Assembly: GCA_000388065.2 (NCBI GenBank)
Contig: KB932208.1
Length of the DNA stretch: 64,000 nt
Reading direction: 5' to 3' (one strand)
From: Fonticula alba ATCC 38817
Taxonomy: Eukaryota > Protista > Nucleariida
The position numbers were made by a program, and so were the translations under genes. The notes below the pieces were generated by a model. The model was not told the DNA's origin, searched no databases, and was given only the letters and a program-made list of their open reading frames with translations. Positions 12,947-24,305 of the stretch are shown here, piece by piece; the stretch's first letter is position 1; each line of letters opens with the position of its first letter.

Positions 12947-14519
12947 TTCACCCAGCTGGCCCCCTTTTCCGCGCTCTCCGCAGCGGCTGCCTGGAGCGCG
13001 CAGCCAATCACCTCTACAAGAGTCTCCGCGCCGACCGGCGCCCGCGGCGCAGGAAAATCCCATCTCACGCGGAGGGGGGGGGAGCTTGGTCGGCCGAGCG
13101 CTCATCGACCTTCTCCTCCCTCGTCCCCCTCCCGCACCCTGGCCGTCAAAAGGGGTCCTGCCCCACCGCGGGGGGGGAAAAACGCCATTAAACCCGGGAG
13201 CATGGACTATTTTGGTGGCGATAAAAAAGATCCCAATCCTGGACAAATGCCTTCTGGCGGAGGTATCTCCCCCAGCGCCCCAGGTCCTCTCGAACGAAAG
13301 GCCCAGGGCCGGCCACACACACCAGTGTGGAGGGCAGGCGCCTCCCACGCCTCTGGCTTCCCGGCCTCCTCGCTTGGCGGGGGGAGGCGACGATGTACCT
13401 GGCTCTTGTTGTAAAGGGAGGTTATGCTCAATGTTGGCAATCTATGAAAGCTGCCCGCTCACTGGGGGGGGGGGCACAGGGGCGCAGCAGGGGTGGGGGG
13501 CTGGGGCGGAGGCGCCCGGCGCCTTCCGGCCTGGTTCTCCACTCGGTTCCCTCTCTCGGGCTCATGGTATTTTGTCCCTCGCTCTCCCGCCGCTCCCTAC
13601 CGCCGTCCCGGCTTCCCGAAGTCCCGGGACCGCCGAGCAGGCGGCCCGGCTGTCATGCCTAGTCCCCCCCCCCCCCCCCTGCTTAACACGCTTGTATTGG
13701 GAGCCCCACAACCCTCCGTTATTGGTTCGTTTGGGGTCAAAATGAAGCTGTGTGTGTGTGTGTGTGGCTTGTGTCTGCCGGCGACTCGGTGTGCTCCCGT
13801 GTGTGGTAGTCTCTACCCCCGGTCCCCTGCGAGGGGGGGGCGGGGCGGGAGCCCTGACGTATCGTCTGCGACAGCTGCTCGGTCCCTGCCGGGCGGCTCT
13901 CCCGGGGATGTGGGCCGAGGTTCGTTCTGTCAGGGCCACGAGAAGCCTCTCTGTCGAACGTGCGGCCCGGGACAACCAAACGAGCCCGCCCCATTCCGCG
14001 GCTGAAAAGCGCATGCTCGCGGCCAGTCAGGCCCCCAAGGCCAGACGGGGAGGAGCGAGCCACGCCAAAGGAACACCGGCACTGTCTCCTGCCCACCCGC
14101 AGGCTGGCGTCTCTTCCGGGGCGGGACCAGAGGCCGGTGCGGGCGGGCGGGGGGGGGGGGGGGGGTCACTGATCTGGTCACGCATCCCACTTTCTCCTTC
14201 CCCCATTGCCCGGGAGAGGCGGCGTCCCCTGCCCCCGGCGGCATGCCTGGCTTGCCACTGGTGTCTATGCCAGCATGTGTGTGTGCCTCCATTTGGCTTC
14301 TTGTGTGCGCGTCTGTCGGTGTGAAAGCTGCTGGCTGTTCCCGGTGCCGGCGAGGGGGCTGTTTTAGCTGTAAATGCCGCCGTTTTGCCAGGGTCGCGCC
14401 GCCGATGATGAAGAGATGAGCATTCACCGATAGTCTGATGTCCCTGGCAGGGGGCGCGGCGGGGGCAGTACGGGGCAGGTAGGCTGGGGATACATCGCCT
14501 TGTCCGAGGGCGTCTCCTT

Positions 14520-14520
<1 letters not shown>

Positions 14521-14557
<37 letters not shown>

Positions 14558-14582
14558 TGTGTGTGTGAGTGTCTGTGTGTGT
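14521..14582 (+). repeat. (GT)n microsatellite
   Basis: About 30 GT units with GA and CT interruptions. Confidence 0.9.
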
Positions 14583-15278
14583 GGCTTTGAGCCTGCCTGG
14601 GTCTGTCCAGATGTCCCCCCCCCCCCCCAGCATAGGACTTTGACGCCGGGTGGGGGGGGGGGCAGGGAGCAGGGGGCGTGTTGTGGCTTCGTATATTCCT
14701 CGCTCCCCCCCTCTTCGTTTGGAGTTCAGTGAGAAACGATATTCGGGGGGGACAGGGCCGGGGGGGGGGGGGGGGATCTTGGCGTGCCTGTGGCAGGGTC
14801 AGCTCCGGGAACAGCTCATGCACCTACACGCGCCCCACACCCCAGAGGCGCTGAAGCCGGGCAGGGCACCCGGGCGCCTGCCGCCGAGCTTCTCCAGGAG
14901 TGCATCCTTCCCCGTTTGGGCCTCCCTTCCCGCGGCTCCCTTTGTTGACTCTCTCTCTCTCGTCTCCCTCTCCCGGTCCCAGGCATGTGGGGGCTTCCTG
15001 GCCACACCCTTCTCCGACTTCCCCAGCCCGACCCCTCGCCCCGAGACTCACCCATCCGCTGGGGGGGGGGGGGGGGGGGGGCGGGGGGCCGATCTCGCTT
15101 CTTCAGGCGGTCCGGGGCCCCCCCCCCCCCGTTCCCCCAGGGCAAGACATCCCACCCCGGCGAGCGAGACCCCCCCCTCCTCCCCTCCTCCCCCACCTTA
15201 CCCCCCCTTCGCCACATCGCCCCTCCCCGCGCGTGTTGCCCCTCCCCCCCCCCTCCCCTCATCTCCCCGGCCACAGCC

Positions 15279-16701
15279 ATGTTTTCCTGGTTCTGGAGCA
15301 TCCTTAACTACCTCGGTTCGTCCTCGCCCGTCTTTTCCTGGATCGTGCCCCGTCGGGGCTCGACTGGTGACCTTCCTCGTCGCCGGCTGCCCCGTGCCCT
15401 AACTCCTGTCGGCCCCCTCCCCTCTCGATGTCCCTCCTCTTTTCAGGTCTTTACGGCAAGAATGCCAAGATCCTCTTCCTGGGTCTGGACAACGCCGGTA
15501 AGACCACCCTCCTGCATATGCTGAAGAATGATCGCCTTGCCCAGCTGGCTCCCACCCAGTATGCCAGTGCGTCGACTTGCCTTTGTCCCTTGTTCCCCCT
15601 CTCGAGGACCAGCGGGGGCGGCCCACCCTTCTCTCGGTCTCTCCGTCTTCCCTTCCCGCCCCTGTTCGGCGCCTCTGCGCCATCCCATCCGGCATTTTCT
15701 CGCATTCCCTCCAAACTCTGCTGGCCTCTTTCTCCCTTGGCTTACCTTCCCAACGTCCTTCCTGCTGCGCCTCCAGCCTCCGAGGAGCTTACCCTCGGCA
15801 ACATCCGCTTCAACACCTTCGATCTCGGCGGTCACGAGAACGGTGCGCCTTCTTCTCCCCTTTCTTTCGTCCCCGGCGCCGCGTCCGCCACCCTTGGTGT
15901 TCTTTTTTCTTTTCATGGCCACCTTCCCCTTCACCGGTTCTTGTTGGCTCTCCGCTCTTTTTCTTTCTCCTAATCTCGCCTCTTCGCGTCCCTACCGGCC
16001 CCTGCTGCGACCCTTCTAGCTCGCCGTGTCTGGCGCGACTACTTCCCCGAGGTCAGCGGCATCGTCTTCCTGATTGATGCTTCGGATCCTCAGCGTTTCG
16101 AGGAGTCTAAGATCGAGCTCAACGTGCGCCATCACCGTTGATTGCTTGCAATCACCATCGCCCACTGCTTTGACCATCGTTCCCGTTCCTGGATCCCACT
16201 CACACCTGCCCCTGTCTTCTCTCTCTCTCTCTCTCTCTCCCCCTCCATCTCCCCGTTTCCGTATCGGTATCCCCCCCCCTCTTTCAGAGCCTTCTCCAGC
16301 TGGAGGAGCTCGCCAACGTTCCGTTCCTGATCTTCGGCAACAAGATCGACCGCGAGACCGCCGTCTCCGAGGACGACCTCCGGAATTACTTTGGTCTCAT
16401 TTCTACCACCGGCAAGGGCAACGTCAAGGGCGACCCTCGCAACCGCGCCATCGAGGTCTTCATGTGCTCGGTTCTCATGCGCCAGGGCTACCGCGATGGT
16501 ACGTACCTCCGGTGCTTCTGCTCCCTCCTCTCTGCAAAGCGGCTTTTCCCTGACCGGTTTTTCCTCTTTCTCCTTGCCAACCATGCACTCTCTCCCTTCT
16601 CATGGGGCGTGCCTTTTCTGTGCACACTTTGCTCTCGGTCTCCATAACTGGCCCCTCCTTCCCCTCCCCCAGGCTTCCAGTGGTTCTCCCAGTTCATCTA
16701 A
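15279..16701 (+). CDS. SAR1: Small GTPase Sar1 (COPII), 6 exons
   Basis: [13 protein letters not shown]|[39 protein letters not shown]|[22 protein letters not shown]|[20 protein letters not shown]...|[14 protein letters not shown]...[16 protein letters not shown]|GFQWFSQFI*; G1, G3 and G4 motifs intact. Confidence 0.97.
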
Positions 16702-17264
16702 GCTGGCAGTCCGTTCGAGCTAGCACACCACGCGCTCGCGCGTGTGCCCCATGTAGAGTTGAGGCACACCCGCGGTGTGCGACCTTCCTCCCTCCCCCCC
16801 TTCCTCTCCTTCCCTCCTCCTTCTCTCACAGATCCCTTCCCCGGAGCACTGTCTTCTGCTCATCGACCTTGCGACTTCCCTTCTTCTCCCCCCCCCCCTC
16901 CCCCCCCTGAGAGACCCAATCATGTTATCTGCTCTTTTTTGCCTTGCGCGACGGGGCGCCTCTGTTCCTCCAGAAAAAAACCCCAATATACACCCATGCA
17001 TACATATGCAAATGCCGACGCGCATGGCCCCCCTCCTTTTCCAGACAAGGCAAGTCACATCCACACGCGTGCGAAGGGTGCACCCTGGCGCATGCTTGCG
17101 TCGAAGCTTTTTGCAGAGGATTTATGGGTAAAGAAGGTGGCTGGGCGCGGCGAGGGGGCTGTGCGTGCGTGTGTGTGTGTCGCTTGCCGCCCTCTCTCCC
17201 CGGGGCTGGGTGGGAGAAAAAAAGGGCAGGATGCAGGAGGACAGGGAGTTTTTTTTTTGTGCAT

Positions 17265-17773
17265 CTAGTCCGAGTCGCTGCCCGAGTCGCTGTCGTAGGA
17301 ATCGCTGGATGCCTGCATCTCGGCCACGCGCATGCGACGCTCCTGCTCGAGACGAACCTGCTGGAGGAGATTCGCACGCATGCCCTCGCTGGAGTTGGGG
17401 TGTTAGAGTTGTGGCGAGGGGCGGCCAAATGGGATGGGCGCGGGGAAGACGACGTACACAAGGGCACCAAGGCCGATGAAGGTGAAGAAGTTGATGGTGT
17501 TCCGCAAGTCCATCGGGTGGTTGAGAGGGAAGAGCTATTCACGGCGAGGATGGCGTGGTCAGTATGTGGCGATGCTGGTGGATTTCGAGCAAGGGGCGCG
17601 ATCGCGCGCGCACGTTGGTGAAGGCGGCCTCAAGGACCGGGTCGCAAATGCGATCGTTCAACTCCTGCAGACTTTTGGCCCAAACCCAAAGAGGCACGCG
17701 GAACAAGGCCCGGGAGAGCGAGAGAAGGTTAGCTGCGGCGGGCAACGGCGAAATGCGCCTGCCAGCACTTTCG

Positions 17774-17851
<78 letters not shown>

Positions 17852-20767
17852 AAGAAGCAGGCGCAGATGGGAAGGATGGCCGAAGGGGGGAGAGGAAGGG
17901 AGGACAGGCACGTACCCCATCTTCTCGGCGAGGTCAAGGAAAACGGTCTTGATGAAAATGCGCTTGGCCGCGTCGGCGGCCTCGCGAGTGATGGAAAAGA
18001 CGTGCATGCACGCCCAGTTGATGGCGTCTGTCATGAAAAGGTGCGAGAAGAAGAGCGCCACATTTCGGGCCCTGGAGGAGAAGGAGGAGGAGGAGGAGCA
18101 CAGGAGAGGCGCGAAAGGGCCAAAAAGCACCACACGAGATCAGAACATGCACATGGCACAGGAGGGAAGCAAGGAGCGGAGAAGGAGAAGGAAAAATGCA
18201 GGCAGGGGACGCCCAGGGTGATGGATAAAACGCACTGGCTGGTGTCGAGCCGGTGGCAAGTCTCATACTGCTCCTCGAAGGCCAGCTCAAAGAGCTCCTG
18301 CCAGTGGCGACTCGAGAGGCAGAACTTCTGGCCGATGATGCCGAACATGCGCTGATAGCTCTTCTCCTGTGAGCAAGCCTCAATAATGAGGCTGACATAG
18401 ATGTTCTCCAGACCACGGATGCGATTCATTTTGAGCAGCTGTCGCGGGGAGATTGCACTGCGTCAGCACGGGGACACACACACACACATGCACATGCTCA
18501 AGGGTGATGCTGGCCATGTGCATGGGGGACATTTGCGAGGACGCGCATGCGGGAAACAAAGTGGGAGAGGAAGCGAGGAGCCGGAGGGGTGGCATTTCCC
18601 CGGGGGCGCACCTTGTGGACAGCCTCGTCCGCCGTGGCCGAAGACTGAATGACCAGGTAGATCTGTTTCCGGAGGTTTTGGATGTTGGTGTTGGACTCGT
18701 CGCGGATTTCCTGCGGTGCGGCACTGCCGAGCGGCACGTCAGGCTGGAGCTCCTCCTCGTCGTCCTCCTCGTCGCTGTCGTCATCACTGCCGTCGCTGTC
18801 ATCGTCGTCATCGTCGTCGGAGTCGCCGCCGAGGAGTTCATTACGCACGGCCGCCCAAGAGGCCTCATTTTGCACAAAGTCCGGGTCGAACTTGAAGACA
18901 TTCAGCCCATCCTCCGTGGTGAGGGTCTTGTCGAGCAGCGAAACTCGATGCGTGAATTGGTCATCCTCCTCCACCAAGTCCAACTCCTTGGGGATGATGG
19001 GGAACTGGGAAAAGCCATCACGATAGTCCAGCATCAAGGCATCGATCATGTACTGGACGCTATTTGGCCAGGAGGCTGTCAGTGGGAGAGGGGGAAGGGG
19101 CGGGCCGAGCAGGGCAGGGCCAGTGTCACCGGGCCCCCCCCTGACCGAGTGGGGGAGGATGTGTGTACATACCGCTTGTCGACGGCCGATTCGTGCAAGA
19201 TCGAGCGCATCCGGTCCAGGATGAAGTGGAAGGCCTTCGGAGCCTCGGCTTCCAGCAGCTGGCCACATTCGCGGATCAGAGCCACGGCAATCTCCGTCGA
19301 CTCGTTGGTCAGGCTGCGTGGGGGGATCATGGCACAGGGTGAGTCCGCCGAAGGGGAATACGTCGATCGCAAGGGGCTGACAGAGAGAGAGAGGGAGGGA
19401 GAGAGAGAGAGAGAGAGAGGGGCAGGGATGGGGAGCAAACGCACTCCTCCAGAAGCAGGCGCAGGATTTCCAGCACGGTGATCTCATCCGCCACGCGTTG
19501 GTTGACCAAGTGTGCGATGAAGCGGACCGTGGCCAAGCAGGCAACCGTATCCTTGGCACGGAAGGAGCGCCGGAAGTTCATCTGGACAGGCCGAGTCAGT
19601 GGCAGGGAGGACAGTGAGATGGGCGATTGCCAAATGCCCGGGCAGCCGCAAGCACGTACCACAAGGCGCTTGAGCACCAGCTCGCCATTGGCCGGGAGCT
19701 TGGAATTGACCACAGCAACGAGGGCCGCATAGACCGGGGTAAAGACCGGGGCCGCTTGCTGGGAATTGATGGCCGCTCGGGCAAACAGGCCTCGACCGCG
19801 AACGAGGTTCTCGCGGATGACCTCCACCACGATCTCCCGAATGTTGGAGACGTTCACCTTGTTGAAGGCGCTGTTGATGGACTTGCGCAGAGCCTCCCAG
19901 GCCAGGCGCTGGTACACCTCGGAGGAGGGGTCGCTCGTGGCTGCCAGGTTCTGCACACGCAGCTGGGCCAGCTTGCCAGGCGGCATGTACACACCGCCGG
20001 TGCGGCTTTGGTTCTGTGCCCAGGCGGCCATGTCGCGATTGTATGTTTCGGACACGCGCTCGCTGGGGGGGGGGAGTAAAGCGAGGAAGGGAAGGCACAC
20101 GCACACACAATCGAGTTAGCCAGTTGCGAGGAGGAGGAGGAGGAGGAGGAGGAGGAGGAGGAGGAGGAAGGCGGGCGAAGGCCCACCACTTGGGGTCCTC
20201 CAAGGCAGATAGGAGCGCCTCTTATGGGGGAAGGAGGAGGAGAAGAGCACCGGCCACTGGGACGCACATGACAGCATCCTGATCCAAACGCCGAGAGGTG
20301 TCCGGATGCTCATCGCGCACAAGACGCGGATGGCCCTCGCGAGCTGGAGAGGCGTCCCGGAGGGGGCGCTTGTGCTGGGGACCTCCAACAATCGACGACA
20401 GGGCCGGTGTCCGGCGAAGGCGGTCCACGCCACCTGGGGGAGAGCGCGAGCGCGACCGGAAGGCAGCGCGCGACCGCGGAGGCGAGCGAGACCGTGACCG
20501 TGAGGGAGAGGCAGGGGACCGGCGCCGAGAGTGGCGGACAGGAGACCGGGACCGCGAGCGAGACCGGGACCGCGAGCGAGACCGCGACCGGGACCGCGAC
20601 CGAGACCGAGACCGAGACCGGGAGGCCGATGGAGAGCGGCTGCGGTGATGACCACGGCCGGAAGCCCGGCGCGGCTCGTCACCACTGTCATCCCCCGGAG
20701 ACAGCGAGCGCTGGCGGTCGGAGGCCATCGGGCCGGAGTCCGCGTCGCGACTGACAGGAGAGCCCAT
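17265..20767 (-). CDS. CWC22: Pre-mRNA splicing factor CWC22 (MIF4G + MA3) with N-terminal RS domain, multi-exon
   Basis: [13 protein letters not shown]...[25 protein letters not shown]...[12 protein letters not shown]; [23 protein letters not shown]; [22 protein letters not shown]; C-terminal [23 protein letters not shown]. Start taken as the ATG at 20767, stop TAG at 17265. Confidence 0.93.
17777..17850 (+). repeat. G homopolymer of about 74 nt (poly-C on the sense strand of a CWC22 intron)
   Basis: Uninterrupted G run. Confidence 0.95.
20525..20620 (-). repeat. Coding hexamer repeats (CGGTCT/CGGTCG/CGGTCC-type) encoding the CWC22 RS dipeptide tract
   Basis: Translates to [30 protein letters not shown]. 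Confidence 0.85.
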
Positions 20768-21522
20768 CGTCACGATTGAGCTGAGGTCCAGCGGGGCGGA
20801 GCTAGCGCGGGAGGAGAGAGGAGGGGGGCTGGGGCAACGGGGCAGGAGGAGAGGGACAGAGAGAGAGAGAGGGGCGGGAGAGGGGTGCTCAGACGCGCGA
20901 GAGGGGTGGCCAGAGCAGGAGAGGGGGGCTGGAGAGGGAGGCCAGCCAGTCCGCAGCATGGATCTGCGGGTGGCCACTAGTTGAGTCGCGCAATGTGCTT
21001 GGTCTGTGTGTTTGCGCGCGCGCGCGCGCGCGTGTGTGTGTGCATGTGCGGGCGCCTTTCGTGCGAGGGCCCGGCGGAGGGCGGGAAAAAACTGGCTCCC
21101 GATTTCGGCCATCATCACGTGGGGATCATGCCGCTTCATGCGATTCTTAAGTGGGCAGACGGGGCCCGGCCCCGCGCGGCGGCGGTGGGGGGGGGGCGGG
21201 GGCACTCCGGCGGCACTCAGGGCCCCTGGGGTCCCTGTCCCAGGGTCCGGGTGTGCGGGACATACGGGCGTCGGGGAGGGGGGGGGGGGGGGCGGTCCTG
21301 CCCTTGGCTAGGGTGGTCCTGGTCTGCCGCCACTATCACCACACCCTGGTTTTGGTTTCCCTTCCCCATCCGCCGGGACAAACACGCGTCCCGCTTCTTC
21401 AGCCCCCACTATCCCCCCCCGAGAGTAGGGAACAATCTCCAGCCTCAGTTCCCCTGGTCCTTCTCTTTCTCTCTCCCCCCTCCCTTTTCTTCTCTCAACT
21501 TCTTCTCCCCCCCCCCCCAGCC
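20768..21522. promoter_or_regulatory. Probable bidirectional promoter between divergent CWC22 and LYRM4
   Basis: About 755 bp between head-to-head ATGs; contains a (CG)n(TG)n tract at about 21014-21050. No specific site identified. Confidence 0.5.
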
Positions 21523-21801
21523 ATGACCGCCCCTGCTCCGACTCTTGCCCAGTTCCGCTCGATCTACCGGTCGCTGATGCGCGCTGGCCGCGGCTTCCAC
21601 GCGTACCACTACCGGACGTATGCCCAGCGCCGCGTGCGTGATGCCTTCCGCCAGGCGCACCCTGCCCAGGGGGAGGCTGCTGCCGCGCCCGAGGTCCTGA
21701 CTGCCCGGTACCAGGAGTGCCAGAACACCCTGGGCTTGATCCAGCGCCAGGCTCTGATTAACCGCCTCTACTCCACCGAGCCGATCGTCATCGAGAAGTA
21801 G
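21523..21801 (+). CDS. LYRM4: LYR-motif protein ISD11/LYRM4 (Nfs1 partner in mitochondrial Fe-S assembly), 92 aa, single exon
   Basis: MTAPAPTLAQFRSIYRSLMRAGRGFHAYHYRTYAQRRVRDAFR...LGLIQRQALINRLYSTEPIVIEK matches the ISD11 pattern (xYRxL..F..YxYRxY..RRxRDAFR; RQ..I..LY....V.E). Confidence 0.88.
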   Translation: MTAPAPTLAQFRSIYRSLMRAGRGFHAYHYRTYAQRRVRDAFRQAHPAQGEAAAAPEVLTARYQECQNTLGLIQRQALINRLYSTEPIVIEK

Positions 21802-22092
21802 ATACCATACCTGCATCGAGTGGTCACTGCCCCCCCCCCCCCCCCCCCCTCTCTCTCTCTCTCTCTCCCCTTTCCTTTCCTCACTCCGCTTCCAGGCGGA
21901 AGGATGACTCCCTCCTGCACGAAGGCGATAGATCGTCTCTCTTGCTGCGCCAGCTCTTTGCTTCGCCGCGCATGGTCTTCTTCCAGCCTGGCGTTTCGGC
22001 CCCCCGGGGCTGCTAGAAAAAAAATACACACACAAACTGTCCTTTGTCGTGGGGTGCCCTTCGGGCAACGGAAGCACACAGGAGTCTATTGC

Positions 22093-22696
22093 TTACTCCA
22101 AACGCAGTCGGGTGTTGACATGCTGGCTGGGCCGCGGATCCGCCAGGGACTCGTCTGGCTCGCTGACCAGCATGTGATGCGCCTCGATCTTGAGGTCGGG
22201 CTCGCGCCCGCCCACGCCGGCCGAAAAGAGGTGCCCACCAGAGCCTGGCTGCTGGTCGAAGGCCTCCATCAGGGAGCGCTTGGCCGATGGCCGGGTGCCG
22301 GGGGGATCTTCCAATGGGGCCATGCCCCGGGAGGGGCCACCCCCAGCCCCACCCGCCTGTGCCTTGGCCGCCTGCTTGGGGTTGGGCAGATCGGCCGGCT
22401 TCGAGGGGCGTGGGAGATTAGAAAAGTATGGATGCCGGAGGGCCTCCTCGGCGGAGATCCGCCGGAGGGGATTCATCACCAGCAGGGCCTCCATCAGGCT
22501 AATGGCATCCTTGGAGGCGGCGGACAGGACGCTCCCCAGCGGGGATGGCGGAATGCGATTGTTCGGCTGAATGAAGCCCGGCAGGGTGGAGATGCCCTGG
22601 GGAAGAGAGGGGAAAGGGGGGAGGGGGCAAACGAAAGGACGCCACACCGGGGAGATTCGTGTCAGAGCATGATAGGGGGCCATGTGCGTGTGTGTG

Positions 22697-22736
<40 letters not shown>

Positions 22737-23902
22737 GGAGAGAGGGGGGGAGGGGTTGAGCGCCAGTACCGGCCACGATGCCTCATCGGGAGTGCCCATT
22801 GCATTGTAGATGGTCATCAGCTGGGAGATGTCACTGTCCTCGCCTGTGAAGTAGGGGGTCCGGACGAAAAGCTCGGCGAAGATGCACCCGACCGACCAAA
22901 TGTCCACCGCGAAGGAGTACACCCGGGCCCCGAGCAAGAGTTCCGGCGACCGGTAGAAGCGCGTCACAACATTCGGAGAAATGGGCGCCGGAGCGGCGCC
23001 GGGCTGGAGGGCACGCACACCGGGCGCATGTCGGGCCAGACCGAAATCCGCCACCTTAAGCACGCCCCCGGCGCTGATGAGCAAGTTGTCCGGCTTCAAA
23101 TCCCGATGCAGGATGCCGTTCACATGGCAGTGGTGCACTCCCCGCAGGGTCATCAGCATCCAGCTCTTGATGTGTTCGGCCGAGAAGATGATGGATCGCT
23201 CCTCGATCAGGTTCTTCAGGTCGTGGTCCAGGAATTCCAGGACCATGTGCATGTTGTGGCTTTCGATGTATGCATCCAGGAGCTTCAAAGGGCGTGTGAG
23301 AAGGCCACCTCTTGGGACAGCCGGGAGGGGAGAAGGGAGCCAAGGCGAGAGAGGGGGCGGGGGAGGAGAAAGAAACGCAGGCCATGCGCGAGCGCGGATC
23401 GAAAGATACCTGAATGACATTGACGTGGTTCATTTCGCGCAGGGCGCGAACCTCCCGCAGGGCGGTAATGTCAAGTCCAGTCTTGTAGTGGGTCATGCGA
23501 ACACGCTTGATGGCCACCTTCGTCTGGTCGTCGAGGCTGCGCACATCAGCCCGGCCAGCGGTGGTCAGAGGCAGGGAGTCAGGGGGGGGGGGAGGGGAGG
23601 GGAGGGGAGCGCCATGGGCGTGGCCCTCGAAGGGAGGGGAGCAAAGGGTGGCATCATGCCCGGGCGCACCTGTCCACTCCGAGGTAAACATCACCGAAGG
23701 TACCGGAGCCAAGCTTCTTGCTGGTGATACGATACCGCCGAGAGGAGGCCAGCTGCTCCAGGCTGGGGCCGGGCTCAAGAGCGGCGGATGAGGCCGATGC
23801 CGAGGCTGGAGCCGAAGTTGACGGCGACGAGGACGACGACGCGGAGGACGGCGGCGGCGGGCCTGCCGCCGGAGGGGGCGAGCCAGCCTGCGAGGCACTC
23901 AT
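22093..23902 (-). CDS. CDK7: CDK-activating kinase / TFIIH kinase CDK7 (Kin28/Mcs6), 4 exons
   Basis: LGSGTFGDVY, VAIKR, C-helix DITALRE (CDK7-type xxALRE), HIKSWMLMTLRG, HRDLKPDNLL, DFGLAR, VVTRFYRSPELLLGA, DIWSVGCIFAEL, EALRHPYFSNLPRPSKPADLP. Confidence 0.88.
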
Positions 23903-24305
23903 GATGAGGCGACCGGGGAGGCGGAGGGGAAGAGCGGGGGGGGGGACGCGAGACGAGGCGAGGAGAGGAGGGAGAGAAGGGGATGGAATGGCGGGCGCGA
24001 GGCGGAAGAAAGAAGGGCAGGGCGAGGGGCAGGAGGCCAGCGACGGGGAGGAGCGGCGGAGGGATTTCTATTCTCCTTCTCTCTTTCTCTTCCTCGCGGG
24101 GCCGGCCCAAACATCCACACAGGGCGGGCGCTCTTGGAGCCCACTTAGTCAGACCCCCCGCTCCGGTGCCCGTGCCCTTCGCCGCTGGCCGTTCTCATGC
24201 TGCCGGCCCGCGGCCCGGAGCCGCCCCCCTCCCCCCCCCGCCGCCGCCGCCCCCAACGCATCGAGGACTGGGGGAGATCGGCAATTCGAGTCTATTGTCA
24301 CATGA

